Shown: positions 1-46,405 of the stretch, piece after piece
How positions within the stretch are numbered: the stretch's first letter is position 1
How the letters are laid out: each line of letters begins with the position of its first letter
NCBI GenBank assembly: GCA_035084275.1
Contig: CM068750.1
Coordinates: forward strand, 5,208,001 to 5,272,000
DNA: 64,000 nt
From: Hydrolagus colliei
Taxonomy: Eukaryota
Direction: 5' to 3'
Translations under genes and position numbers: made by a program
Notes under the pieces: generated by a model
What the model saw: only the letters and a program-made list of their open reading frames with translations
What the model was told of the DNA's origin: nothing
The model's database searches: none

Positions 1-458
1 GATATTTGAAAGGAGTGAGTAAGAATGAAAATTTGAAAATGTGTTTAATGCATTGCTGAAAGGAATGAAAGTCCCTGTATTAAACAAAGGCATTAAATTA
101 TCCATTGATTCTAATACTGTACCATGATTAGACAAATTTTGAATGTCATTTCTGCTCATTTTTATAGTCAGTGGATATTGTGTGTGAAATATCTCCTATT
201 ACCCATTGCACAACAAAGCTTACAATCACTGTTTGTGGGACACTGCTGTGCTCAACTGGCTGCCACGTTTCTCCCACAAAATACACTTTACAGTATATTC
301 TGTGAAGTGTCTCGAAGACATGATAAGGTGCTATATCAAATGCGAGGATTATTATCATGATAGTCACAAATAAAATGTAGGCATCAATTGGAGGCTGTAC
401 GTTATGAACTTTATGTGTTTGATGAAAACTGCAGAGTTCAATATGTCTTTCAATCTGA

Positions 459-21788
<21,330 letters not shown>

Positions 21789-23795
21789 AAGGATGGAGAC
21801 CTTTATGCCATTTTCTTGTCCCTTTTCAATAGGATTCTCGGCCAGTGAAAGTACAATAAATCTCAGATATTTCAACAAAAATACTTCCAACTGTACCTTT
21901 CTGGGTTGTTTACCCTTTATATTATTTCATAGATGCAGGATGTCTTACTACAGTATTGATAGTATTAGGAAAAATCCATTTGAAAGAACAAAACCAAATT
22001 GTTCCAGCAGAACTTAAATATGGTTAAGATATGTGGGTAGACACTTGTGAAATCTTGTGGATTAGGTTGAATTGTACTGCTTCCTGTTAACGCTCATTTG
22101 GTTTAAGATAGTCTCTTGTTAAAACCACTTTTCATATCTACCCAATGAAGGTGACTGACTACCTGTTAACATCTATTGTGGCTCACCCATGATTGCAAAT
22201 CCATGTACCTGTAATTACATAATTTCGTATTTCAAGCATAAACGTTAAGATTGTTATTCATTAAGTCTAAGGAAATTTTACTTTAGTGGGGTACTTGTAC
22301 AACTCTCTCCCCGATACTTGGTTAACTATATACTTGCACTATATTTCCAGATTCAAATAGACAAAATATGCTGCTAATGTGTGTGGGGATCACTTTTATA
22401 GTGCCTGAATCGTCTTGACACGACAACTTTACATGAAAGAACAAAGCATACCAAATGTGGTGTACTGGTTAGATATAGATTGCAAGCTATTGGTTTGATG
22501 GTTGTAATACCATTAAATTGGACTGTTTTTTTTAAAAAGAAATATCCAAATATCCAGAATTTATTTTAATTAGCAAAGTGTTCAATTGAATAGAACTGGA
22601 CCTCATTTAGTTCATTTAAAATACTTTACTATTAAAAGAACAAAACATGGCATATTTAATTGTATGCATTACAAATGTATGTATAGGCATATAGATTTTG
22701 TGGAGACCAGTAAGACTGCAGGAGATGATAAGGTTACAGGAATATATATTTTTTAATTTGGAAATTGAGGGCCTTACTTTATAGTTAATTTAATCCATTG
22801 TTGCCTCATTATCTTGCACTTGTGTACATATATTGCATGTCTCTTGTTTAATCATGTCACAGTCTGTTTAGGCAGTACCTGGTGTACTAGTTTTATATGG
22901 TTTTATCCGTTTAGTTTTGTACTTGTATATTAACAGAACATGTATTTGCACATATTGAAAACCAGGAAAGAAAGTAAGTAGGAATTGCAAGTAGAGATTG
23001 ATATTGTGAGTTAATGAAAATAGATGTGCAGGTGGAGATAGAATAGTAGCAAGTTAATAGGAATGTAGATTCTCAACTACTGTACATTACAAGGTTTACA
23101 TGTGGTGCTACAAGCACTTGAGTTTTGAACATTATGAAAATATATACTGCAGCTATTAAAGATATCACAAATAGAATTGACTTAATTACTAGATTAGAAA
23201 CTGCAAAGAAAATTAACAAAGTTTAACATTTCTGAAGTTAAATAAATCCAGTTATAGATGCACAACATTACATTAAAAGTGCTGACACAAATATAGTTAT
23301 CCCATTTTCTAAGGTACAGCCTCTAATCTAGAAATTCAGTTTGAATCTGGGTTTGTGCTGCAATCTTGAGGTCAGGCAGTAATATTTAAAAGGCTTGAAG
23401 ACAGGTTCTTTTAATCATTAGATTAGACTGGGACAGAGATTTGAAGCAAGTAATGGATTTCAGCATCTGAACAGGGAAGCAATTTAATTTAGCTGTATTT
23501 GAATTCAGTTAACAAGCATTTAGTTGTGTAATTGCACTTTTATAAGGACGCCTGTATAACTGCATTGCAGGGAATGTAGTAATACTACTGTATTTACCTG
23601 AAGCAGTGGAGGTGTTTACAGTGCTTACCAGTAAGCATTTGATCTAGTTCTGGTAAGAATATAATGTATTATCTTAATTTCTCAGAACTGAAGGCCTGTA
23701 CATTATTAAGTGGTGTGTTGGTTATATTTGATGTGTTACAATATTTATGTTCAAAATCTATAAAACTTGCATTTCTTGTGAGACTAGTAGTGAGA

Positions 23796-23843
23796 AATAA
23801 AAACAAGTAAAAAAAAAGTATTTGTATTGATTGTTTATTTATT
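23796..23843. terminator. Candidate convergent poly(A) signals of KLC1 (+) and XRCC3 (-)
   Basis: AATAAA(+) 23796-23801; overlapping TTTATT hexamers 23834-23843. Confidence 0.45.
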
Positions 23844-25849
23844 GAACAAGATTGCTCTTCTGTAACTCAAAATCAAAACATTGGACCCACTGGAGGTTCA
23901 CTCTCCAATAACCTTTTTAGGCCAAGTTGAATTGTCGCAAAATCTCAGTGCCTTAATTTTCAACATTGTAACTCATTGCTGGATGACTGTTTATTTCCAT
24001 TTAGTATTTTCCTCCTGTATACAATTTGAATACTTACCAACCAAGGTCTTGCTATACAGACTGTTTGGGCTATAATGCAAGTGTCAGCGTGTCAAACCAG
24101 TGTCACTTTGGAGATAACAAAGGAGGTTACCTCACACCAGTTTTCTCGTACCTTGCAACTGGTGGAAAATCACTGTGCAATTCTCATATTACTTTAATAG
24201 GCAAATGGGGCAGGGGCTGCTGAGCTTTCCTGATGGACCTTCCAACTGTACATTCAGCACTTTACTGACATAAATTCACTGATATCTTCACTGACCACAA
24301 CTCTCAATCACCAATATTCCATCAATCTCTTTACATGAAAGGATCTGCTTACCAAACAGTTCCCAAACTCAGCCTTTTCAAGGAAAAAGTGATGAAACAG
24401 TGCTCTCTCACAATCACACATCAATGATTTTTTTTCAAATTAGATGTAACAGCTAACTGTTTTATCTATAAGGTAAAAATAAAGTCTGCTGTTGACATCA
24501 GCTTTATGTTATATTAGTCTTGCCAGGCTATTCACTCTTATCAACGTCAGGGGTTTCAAACCTACAATTAAAGCTGAGGAATAAACCTGTAATTATAGAG
24601 AAAGCAGAGGTAAGCAATGTAATATTGCATTTGTAAACAAGTAGCAGTCAATAAAACTCCCCAAATCATTGATATTTTTAGATACATTTTAACAAACCTG
24701 AATGGCTGACAGACTTCATAATTATTGTAAGTTCAGCTGGTGGAGCAGAATTGATTGAGGATCAGAAGGCTCTGGATTTAAATCCTGGTTGGATCATTTA
24801 GGTTTAACATGCTCTAGGACACAATATATTGTAACCAAACCTGCTCTGGTGGGGTTAGTGTGCCACCTGCTGGGTAATATTATGAATAGCACAAAGGAAA
24901 ATGTTTGAATATTTCTTGGCAGATATTTTTTAAATTGCTTCTTATAAAATGCTTCACACATCACATTTTATGGAAGAGAACATGAAATACGATTATGTTG
25001 ACAATGCTCTAGAGATTCAGAGTAGCCTGGCAAGCCTAGCAAAAAGCATGTATTCTTTGCTTTTCACTCACAATTATACAGTCAATTCACTTTACAATAT
25101 ACAGTATTCTGTAAACTGCTTTGAGAAGTCTAGAAGACGTGAAAAGTGCTATATCAAATGCAAGAATTATTTTTACCATTATTCTGAGGTCAACAGTCTA
25201 CCTTACAAATTGTAGATTAAATATTTAGCTTTCTACTTTTTAAAAAAAAACTGTTATTGACCTCAGCATTAGCTGTCTCTATATTCTAGTTTTTCCAGTA
25301 CTGTACTCAAAATACACATCTATAGAAATCAGTGCAACAAATTTACTGTGACAGAATACAAATATTTAACGTTAGGCCATTTCTTCACTATTCATGGAAA
25401 CAACATTATAAAATATTTACATTGCCTCAAATGTTTCTTATTTGTGCATCCTCACTTGGAGGAAAACGTCTAAGAGAAAGTGAAACATGCAAAGAAAATA
25501 TCCAAGTGACCAGCATATACTTTAACTCATCAATAAATAGAGAAAATGCAATACGAAACAATAAATATTCAGGATTAAGCAAAAAAAATTGTACATTTCA
25601 TAAATTCTTTGGACCACATTCCTACATAGACAGTATAACGGACTTCCGTCTTTTTGACATGATATAGATTGTGGCTATAGATCTAAAGTAGTGTTGAACA
25701 TCTAAAAGATACAAAATATTCATTAAAGAATTGTTTGCAAAAAATACTTGCTAAAAACGTTTAGCTATCCTTCCTACTCAAAATTCCAACCACAAATGCA
25801 GAGATCTTTTCTCCATCCAAACACAAGATGGAAGCACTTTCCTTATGAA

Positions 25850-26122
25850 TAATAATTCTTGCATTTGACATAGCGTTTTTCACATCCTCTAGACATCTTA
25901 AAGTGCTTGACAGAATATACTGTACAGTACAATGAATTAACTGTATATTTGTGAACAAAACATAGCAGCCAATTGCACACAAACAGTATCCCACAAACAG
26001 TCGTGGATTGAAGTGACCAAATATTTTTTTCGTGAGGGATTATCATCAGGTGTGGAGTAAGGAAACTTGCTCAAGGTTTCACCCTGTTGGGAATCAACCC
26101 AGGTCTCTAACCACTGAGCTAA
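25850..26122 (-). mobile_element. Same SINE family, antisense copy
   Basis: Reverse complement of tail, core (CCCACAAACAGTCGTGGATTG) and head (TCTAACCACTGAGCTA). Confidence 0.78.
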
Positions 26123-27399
26123 AAATCTACAGCAATAAATGTATAATTTTGGAATATATTGAAAAGAAAACACAATTTTGCAGAAAGTTTTAGTTGACCT
26201 GACCATAAAGCTCATCTGTTGATTTTCAGAGTTCAAATTCCATGGCTATCTGTCTATAATACCTTCCAGGTCCCAAATAAACCTTTCCAATCTCATCTCA
26301 TTCAGGGGTAAATGGATTGGCATTCACTGTGAGCCTGCAGCAACTGAAAGTCTGTCATTGGGACTGATCCAATCTACTTCCTGGATCACATTTTAATTAA
26401 GAACTTAATTATCTTTAAATAAATCTTAATCCAACAATTTTAACTGTCTTTCCTATAGAACAAAAAATGAGTGTAATCAAAAATTCAGATATCAGGTTTG
26501 ATTATAAATAAACAAAAATTATATTGTATTATAAATATACAAAATGAGCATGTTGCAGACAAGAAGTGAAAGTGTATAATATTTTGGTAAAGGTTTAAAG
26601 ACGATTTGTTTAAAATCTGCTCACTATTCTCAAAATGCAGACTCTCAATGGAGTAGTTCCACTGGCACCAGTACTTTCCCAATACGCTACCATTAATGAT
26701 GTGTAGACTTTGATGATGTTTGTAAGATATTTTATAGAAATAACAGGAGGATGTGGGGAAGGGGGTGGAATCAGTTGTTGCTGCACAGTTTCCATTAGGT
26801 GTCACTGAACAGTGATTACGAATGGAAACTATGGCTTTTGGAATGAAAACTGTTTCACCCAGAGAAGGTCAGAGGAAATAAGACCAGTTGAAACATCCAA
26901 ACTGCTGCATAGACTGCAATCAGGCATCAAACATGCAGTTTTTTTTTGTCAATTTAGATTTTTGTTATTGTCAATATTGCCATTTTTAAATCTATTACGA
27001 CATCAGGCGAGATGCTAGTTGTGATTGATGTTGGGAGAATACAAATTGATGTAATATATGGATTGAACCAATTGTTTTCCACTGTCTGATATTTTTCTTA
27101 GTTCTAAACATGCTTACATAACATATATTGGTAAAGGTTAATGACCATTTTCGTGGCAACACTATCATGGGGGAGGCCGGACCAGCCAGAGTTTAGAGAA
27201 ATATGAAGAATCACAGAAGTAAAATCTTTCAAATGTAACAAAAGTATAATTGGTTACCATTTTAGGTACAATGTGAAATAAAATCCAGTGAAAATTAGTT
27301 GTTGTTCTGCTGAAAATATGGAGAAAAAAGTAATACAAAATGTACCATTGTCCCCATATCACAAACACACACACACAATCCACACAGCCTTTTCAGTGG

Positions 27400-27649
27400 T
27401 TATAACACTACTTCCTTCAATCCTCTTACACCTTCTTTACTGACTACATAGTAGCAGAATAATTGAGGCCGGTGAGGTGCAAATAATATTTCCATTGTTC
27501 GTAAAATTGCTCCGGAACATGAGGCAGCAACTGAGGTGCCAGGGAATTTGTCCTCCACGTGGAAATTAGTTCGACCAACCATCAGCCTCATCAGGAGTTG
27601 ATTGGACCAGGTCAAACCCAGTGATGGCATCACCTTTTTATCTAATAAG
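27400..27649 (-). CDS. XRCC3: XRCC3 last coding exon [22 protein letters not shown]...GLKEVVL*
   Basis: TGCAG acceptor, phase matches previous exon, stop TAA. Confidence 0.94.
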
Positions 27650-30600
27650 CTGCAAATCAATAACAGGGCTTTCAGATACCAATACTGCAATATGACTAGA
27701 ATACAGATTCAAATTGTAGAATACAGATCTTCTTTAAAGTCATCCATACACCATTCTGCACAGCCACCCACTTCCCACAACATGGAAATTCATATCCTCC
27801 CACTTCGCCTCGTAGGGATGTTAGACCACAATAAGTCCCAGTACTTTTTTTAAAAAAAGAATAATTATCAACTGAAAACTATTTTCTATATATTCTTAAA
27901 CAATATTTAGAGCATAGATTCTTGTATGTAAATATTAATTCAGATTGCTGTATAAATAATTAGTTTTAAGTGCTGTTCCAATGGTTGTTACGCAATTAAC
28001 AATACAATTGGGGGAAATACATCAGCTAAAAGGTCTCCAATGGATACTTGCACAGATGACAGAAAAAAATTCACTTCTCCTAGACAGAATGCAATGACAG
28101 AAGGCATTTATTAAAACAAAATTATACTTACCCAAAATTGCTCTGAGCCAAATCAGAGTCACTTAATGCATCTGTCACCTGCAACAGATGAATACCCAAT
28201 ATTTAGTTTACAAGGTAGAACACTGCTCTGAAATTAACTTTCACTGGTTTACATAGATGTTACAAACTGCAACCACCATGTTACATATTCATATTTATCC
28301 ATGAAAGGAAGTCCACAATGTACTGTAGACTAAATTTCAACACGAGTAATATGGACCTAGATTTATCTAAATCTAAGCTTTTGTAATTGCAAATCATCCA
28401 CAGGATTTACATTCATACTATATCATTCACTGGCACAGGTGAATTTCTATCAGTCAAAACATTCAAACGCAGAACATAAAATTGCATCAAATCAGCCTCA
28501 AAATTTTACTGCATTTCTAATCTACTATAAAATTATATGAGGGAAATTATATCAGATACACAGCAGCACGCAATAAATGCACCTCTAATTGCTTAACAAT
28601 ATAATTCATAGAAATGTTCATACCTGATTGACACAGACGATGGGAGTCCTGAAACTGGTGCTAAGATGATGTAATGTGGCTCCAAACTTTTGGAGACATT
28701 TTGCCTTGACAATGGAATCACTTACTGCAAATTCACATCTGAATAAAGCTGCAATTGAATCGATCACCACCAGCTGCACCAAACCTCGTGAAAGTAGTAT
28801 TGGTAACCTTTTACTAATACAGTTATTCAAGCAGTCCTAGGGAATCAAAGAGACAAAACAATTCCAATATGCAGTGCTCCACTTACCCCCAAAGTTCTGG
28901 TCCACACCTACTATTCTCATGTATGTGTATATACAATATATATACAGTATAGATATAGACACACACACATATACACATGTATATATCACAAAATTGTCCA
29001 AATATTCAACCTACAATTATTAATATATATACATTATAAATAATATTTATATACTATAATAGATATATAAAATATAATTGTTATGCAGTTTACAGTATGT
29101 CCTGTGAAGTGCTTTGTGATGTCTTGAAAACATGATAAGTTGCTATATTGAATGCAAGGATTATTATTATATGCTAAATTATTTGTTATAATGATTTACC
29201 ACAAGCCAACATTTTGCTGTGCTACTGTATTCTTGGCACAACTTTCTCTTTAATATTCAGATAATACTACATTTGACGGGGACTTGCTGACTCACCACAT
29301 CTGTAGCATGTTCAATAAAGATGTTGTCACTAAACCTAATTTTCTTGATGATGTCAGCAGGGACATCAGATCTCAATTTGGGCTGAAGTTCAATCAGCTG
29401 CTGCAAACGCTTGTTGGGGAAAATATCTTCTGTACAAATATACAGAGCTCCTAGAAAAATAAGAGTTGACAATATATAATTATGTGAACATAGCATTCCA
29501 ACTAAATATTCCTTGCACCTATACTGTCTGTGCCTTCAACTGGAAGGTCTGTTAACATTGCTGATGTTGTCAGCCCTGTTGTCCTCCCAAGTGGAGCAGC
29601 TCATCATTGAATGGAATGACTAAATGACGCACACATTCCAGCAGCAACAGGCAGTTTGTGAGTTTGCAACCATGCAAATGTAAAGAGAATTATACTCCTA
29701 ACATTCACAGGCTTTAAAAACACAAGCTTGGTATCATTCCAATCACTTAGTAGAGGAACACAGTACAGGAAATCCTGAGCTTATTGTTCACATAAAATGT
29801 CTTTCCTCATCCACATGAACTATTCCTTTCATTGTTTTAGATACATGTCATGTCTCTTTCATTCTTATTTTCCAGTGAGTATAGATTAATATTCCCTGTA
29901 GTCTGGTTCAATAATGAAACAATTCTGTAGGACTGTGAACTGAAAGAGTAAAGAGGAAGCCATATGTCTGGTTCAGTAGTTTACCTGCCTCTTGTCCACC
30001 ATAGCTACAAGGGTACTGCACAGATAGGCAGAGTTGCATGCAGATTTGTGTCTTTCCTGCTGAACTCTCACCAGCAATCTCTGTTATTCCCATATGTAGA
30101 ATTCCACCTCCAAGCAGCCGGTCTAATACTGGACAACCCAGGCTAAGTCTTTGGTTCTGGGTTGGAAAGGCACATTCCCCTTTGTATATCTGGAGTGCTG
30201 GGATAAAGACAGCATACAGTAAGACATTATCAAGATAATGATTTGTGTCATTATCACACTACAAATGCAAAATGGAACAAAAAAGGATATTTATATGACT
30301 TACAAATATTTGTTAGAATTAATTACTTTACAGTTCAGAAACTATTCTCTGAACGAGCTCCTTGGGAAGTCATCACAATGTGAAAAGAGCTATATAAATG
30401 CAAATTTATGTAAATATGTGCATTCATTTCATGAATAATTGCAGCTATTAAAAATATCTAATTCCCACTACACTTCAAGAGGTTTATAAATCATGGCTCT
30501 TTAGATTTTTACATAGCTTGAAAATAAACCATAAAGCTCTTCAATTCTAAGTATCTCAGTTTGTATTCTTATTTTTTACCCACCTGTTACTGCTGAATTC

Positions 30601-32226
30601 TTGTTTATTGCTGCCGCAACAGTTTTATGCAAATATTGCACATCAGTGAGTGATAATTTTGTGAGTCTCTGTAGATCTGGTCCTGAAAGACTCAAGATTT
30701 CCTTGATTGATTGGATATTTGCTGGATAAAAGTAAATTGTTGGAAAATATTACCAACGCAAGACACATGATAAAGAAGGAACACGTCACTTGATGGCTAG
30801 CTCCTGGTGACAAGGTTCCACCCCTGTGCTTGCCAATGAAATGTCGGAATTCAGTCAATTTGGATTTGCAGAGAGAGGTTTGTAATAAATGTTGATTATA
30901 ATATGATCAAACAATCTTTGTTAAGAAATTATAATAAATAATAATAATCCTTACGTTTATATAGCGCTTATCGACGTCTCAAAGCGCTTCACAGAATACA
31001 ACAATGTCCCAAGCTTGGGACCAGAACAAGGGGGGAGGGAGAAGACAAGAGGGACGAAAGGGGGGAAAAGAGGTAGGGTCCAGAGCAGGGGGGGAGGGGT
31101 TGTGGTTGGGGGAAGGAAAGTAGGAAAATTGACTGTATATTTGTGGGAGAAACGAGGCAGCCAAATTGCGCACAACAGTGTCCCACAAACAGTCGTGGAA
31201 GTGGGGTTTGGGGAAAAGAGGGTAATGGGAGGGATTCGGGGTAGGGGGAAGGAGAGCAGAAAAACCGACTGTATATTTGTGGGGGAAACGCGGCAACCAA
31301 AATTGTGCACAGCAGTGTACCACAAACAGTTGTGGAAGTGGGGCCAGCGGAGAAAATGGAGGAAAAGAGGATAAGGGAGGAGAGGGAGGCAAAGACGGGG
31401 GTAAAATCACGGAGGAAAAGGTGGGAGAAAGATTGCAATTACAAGATTGGTTAGAGTCCATTTCCTGACTGGGATTCGCAGTACTTTTAAGGGCACTACT
31501 GACAGAGCAGTCAACTTAGCCCATGGGCAGGGCACGGAAGGGCAAATCAGTCACTGGGGCCAAGGAATCTTCCCGCTCAGCTCCTGTTGATACCGCAAAC
31601 CAAAGCCCTAACGGGGAGGTGGGGGTGTCCGAGCGGGGGAAGCTTGCCAGGCAGCGATATCAGTGGCAAGCAACTGTATGTGGTTTCAGCTGGTTAGACT
31701 CCCAACAGTTACCCCAACACACACACTCTGGGGCTTCCCAAAGCCTTGGCTCTTGCCAACCTGCACCTCATACTTTCCAGATATAGGTTAGCGGGATGCA
31801 TCCCTCCTGGGGGTGAGGGGGAGAGAGAGAGAGAGAGTGTGTGTACAGACCCCAATGCAGACACTGAAAGTTACATGTGGGAAGGTGGTTTAGATGGAAA
31901 TCTCGACGTGTTTTGGATACCAGTTATAATGATAATATGATTCCTGTTAAACAGTGATGGGTTTCAGGTGGAAGGAGGTGGGTCCCGTGGCATGTGCAGT
32001 GAGCACTCACTGCACTCACTCCTACAGTGAGCTACAGTGCCTTCATCCCTCAGCCACTCCCTCCCACACTCAGTCACTCCATCCATCCTTCCCTCCCTGC
32101 CTTAGTCCCTCCCCGCCCTTACTCGCTGCCTCAACTTCCTCCCTCCCTCCCTCCCTCCCTCCCTCACTCACCTCTCCTGACTGCAGCCACTACTTTAGGA
32201 CTGAGGACTAACTGATCCCAATCCAT
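27400..32226 (-). CDS. XRCC3: DNA repair protein XRCC3 (RAD51 paralogue), complete, 356 aa
   Basis: Exons 32226-32172, 30721-30584, 30197-29985, 29450-29296, 28836-28624, 28178-28132, 27649-27400 (55+138+213+155+213+47+250 = 1071 nt). Walker A GESSAGKT, Walker [22 protein letters not shown]; all GT-AG. Confidence 0.97.
28132..28178 (-). CDS. XRCC3: XRCC3 exon [16 protein letters not shown]
   Basis: TGCAG acceptor, GTAAGT donor, 47 nt. Confidence 0.92.
28624..28836 (-). CDS. XRCC3: XRCC3 exon with Walker B ([15 protein letters not shown]...VNQ)
   Basis: CCTAG acceptor, GTATGA donor, 213 nt. Confidence 0.96.
29296..29450 (-). CDS. XRCC3: XRCC3 exon (G)[15 protein letters not shown]...HATDV
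   Basis: TCTAG acceptor, GTGAGT donor, 155 nt. Confidence 0.96.
29985..30197 (-). CDS. XRCC3: XRCC3 exon with Walker A ([15 protein letters not shown])
   Basis: CCCAG acceptor, GTAAAC donor, 213 nt. Confidence 0.96.
30584..30721 (-). CDS. XRCC3: XRCC3 exon (A)[23 protein letters not shown]...VT
   Basis: TCCAG acceptor, GTGGGT donor, 138 nt. Confidence 0.93.
30930..31345 (-). mobile_element. Composite SINE-derived repeat with duplicated core and purine-rich spacers, XRCC3 intron 1
   Basis: Tail at 30930-31000; core copies at approx. 31131-31206 and 31268-31343. Confidence 0.7.
32172..32226 (-). CDS. XRCC3: XRCC3 first coding exon [18 protein letters not shown]
   Basis: GCCATGG Kozak context, GTGAGT donor, 55 nt. 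Confidence 0.92.
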
Positions 32227-43819
<11,593 letters not shown>

Positions 43820-45628
43820 CCCTTGCTGAGTTTTAATACGTCAAGATAAAATGGATGCCATACTGCAAAGAAATACAAACATTTTATCCAGTTTTGCTTG
43901 GTCTTTTTTCCTCACTCCTTTGAGACGGTGAGGTTTTCTTAGTGCTTTTTGTATTGAGTGATTTCTCAAAATACTTGGGGAAAATGCAACAAATGTTTCA
44001 GGAATATTTTTGGTGCATTAAAGTATTCACTAAAAGTATAGTGCAATATGTAGAATTTACACAATGATGTTTTAAATGTAAGGTTTCACATTTAAATTAA
44101 AATTTTGCTAAGTATTTTTGTTAAATCTTCCTATTTTTGTCACTAATCAAAACAAAACTGCAGTTTAATCAAGACTGCTGAAAATGAGCTTTTTGTTACG
44201 AAATACACTATTGATGTAGAATGCTTTATTTTACTACATTATTGGTGTGAAGCCTAAAATTATATTGAGGGAAATAGTACAATTTTGATTAAACTTCAGA
44301 AGTTGACATTTCAGCATTCTGCAAATGGCTTTTGGCAGAAAGTGCTCAATTTCATTTTTGAAAAGTTGCTCAGCACACATTAATAATGGTTCCAGTTCCA
44401 ATTGAGAGACTTTGCCCCCTCCCTACCAACGTGTGAAATTTCATCTTAACATGCCAAAGGAAATAACTACCTGTACAAAATAGATGCACTATTTAATCTC
44501 ATTTCTGCTCATGTACTGCCACTTTGCAAAGTCTTCAAAAGGAGAATGCTTTATTTTTATTCTTGTAACTTATTTGGTAATCTGTTAAAAATGCTAGAAA
44601 TAAAATAAGTAGCATGCAAAAAAAACATACACTACTCACAAACCAAATATGTTTTGGAGCAAGGCAAAGTTTGAAATTAAACTGAAGAAAAATATTAAAT
44701 AGTTTAAATTGCTAAAAAATACAAGTGACCAACGTTTGTTTTAGAAATTGAGAATTCCACGTACTTTTCATTGATCCAGAGGTACAGCTAATTTTCCAGT
44801 GAGCTTTACGGTTAGCATTAAATGCTCCAGAAAAAAGAAAAAATGCAATTAATTAGAAAGGGGAAACTTTATGAAACGTTTTCTGGACCAAAAGAGCAAT
44901 ACAAAGGGCATTTTAGTATGAGACTTCTGGATATGTACAAAATTTTGATATTAATTACTGATGTCAAGTTTGTGTTCACATTTTGATTGTGGACAAATAG
45001 GTAGCTCAAATTGTTGTAAATATTTGAGCAGATCTTAACTTCCATAGTCAATAAACTTTTGCATTTCTGTTTTTGCATGTGTTTGTTTTAATTTGTTAAA
45101 TATTCTCTTGGAACCCGTGTGACCTCTGAGTCAAACAATTTAATGAAACCACCTTTTGTAGTTTTTGTTGAAACATTTTAGGAATTGAATGGCTTCAGAG
45201 GTGCACACAAGCAGTGTTGGTGGAGATTATGATTTACTGTGGACAAAGCACTCGCCTGGTTTTTATTTATCCCATTTCAATTTTCAAAACTTAACATGGC
45301 TGGTGCCTCCTGTAACAGAGGCAGATTACTACTAGAAACACAGGATGCATTAATAAAATAACTAATAAATAAACAATGTACTTAAAAGTAATCCTCTAAG
45401 GGGAATGAATGGACTAAGGTTTTAAATGGGAGATTGAATAACAGCAATCCCTTTGGTAAGTAGTTCACAACAATTCCTCAGTCAACTTACATAATGTGTA
45501 TATATTCGTGTGTGTATATATATATAAAAAATATATTAAAATTCCACAGGTAAAAGCCATTAAATTTGGAGTCCAAATATTCATCCATAAAACAAGCATG
45601 TAAGCTATTTCTTTCTGCAATGTTGTAC

Positions 45629-45920
45629 AGTCCTGTAGCTCAGTGGTTAGAGCACTCGCCTTGCAAGTGAGAGACCTGGGTTCAAATTCAGGCAGGTCAC
45701 AGTGAAACTTTGGACAAGTTTCCTTATTCTACACGCTTGATAATAATCTAAAAAAAATTGGTCATTTCAATCCACGACTGTTTGGGACGCTGCTGTGCGC
45801 AATTGGATGCCGCCTTTCACCCTAAAATATATATGCAGTCAATTCACTTTACGGTATATTCGTTTTGAGATGTCTAGAAGATGTGAAAAGTGCTGTTTCA
45901 AATGCAAGGATTATTATTAT
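45629..45920 (+). mobile_element. Near full-length tRNA-derived SINE with L2-like 3' tail
   Basis: A box TAGCTCAGTGG, B box GGTTCAAATTC; core CCACGACTGTTTGGGACGCTGCTGTGCGCAATTGG; tail GATGTGAAAAGTGCT...AAATGCAAGG(ATT)n; many copies in the window. Confidence 0.85.
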
Positions 45921-46363
45921 ACAACGGAATTTAGTGTTCTTACTTCCCAGTGACAGATGGTAACAAAATGACACGAGGAAATATGATGCCAGTGAAAAGA
46001 GCTCTTATTAAAATTATGGGATATGTTCCAATAGAAATTCGACCTGTTATTCTTTTGGACTCCCTGTGTGGTTTCTATTTTGAATTAGGCTATGAATTGA
46101 TATAAATCATATCACAAATTTGGCCCACAAATAGTCAATTCACTTTGAGACGTCTGGAAGATGTGAAAAATGCTATCAAATGCAATAATTATTATTATAT
46201 GTTGGAATTGTGGCCATAAAATTAAATCTCATCACTGATGTAAAATTGAGAATGGCTGTTTGAGATGATGGTACTTGACGAAAGGTTGAACTGTTCTCAA
46301 ATAACATTTCAATTGAGTCAGACAAAAACTAAAACTTAATATGAACATTCACCATCAAGGAGC

Positions 46364-46405
46364 AATAAACTACAGGTTCAATTGTCCATGCTGTAGTGTT
46401 TTATT
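46364..46405. terminator. Candidate convergent poly(A) signals of ZFYVE21 (+) and PPP1R13B (-)
   Basis: AATAAA(+) 46364-46369; TTTATT 46400-46405. Confidence 0.5.

Noticed and set aside
30957-31468. Cluster of 120-160 aa ORFs in XRCC3 intron 1, including a Met-Asp start at 31461
   Set aside because: SINE-derived and low complexity; the real XRCC3 start exon is 32226-32172, with correct size, phase and donor.
45629-45700. tRNA-like sequence
   Set aside because: It is the SINE head: continues into SINE core and tail, acceptor stem not intact, no oligo-T terminator.
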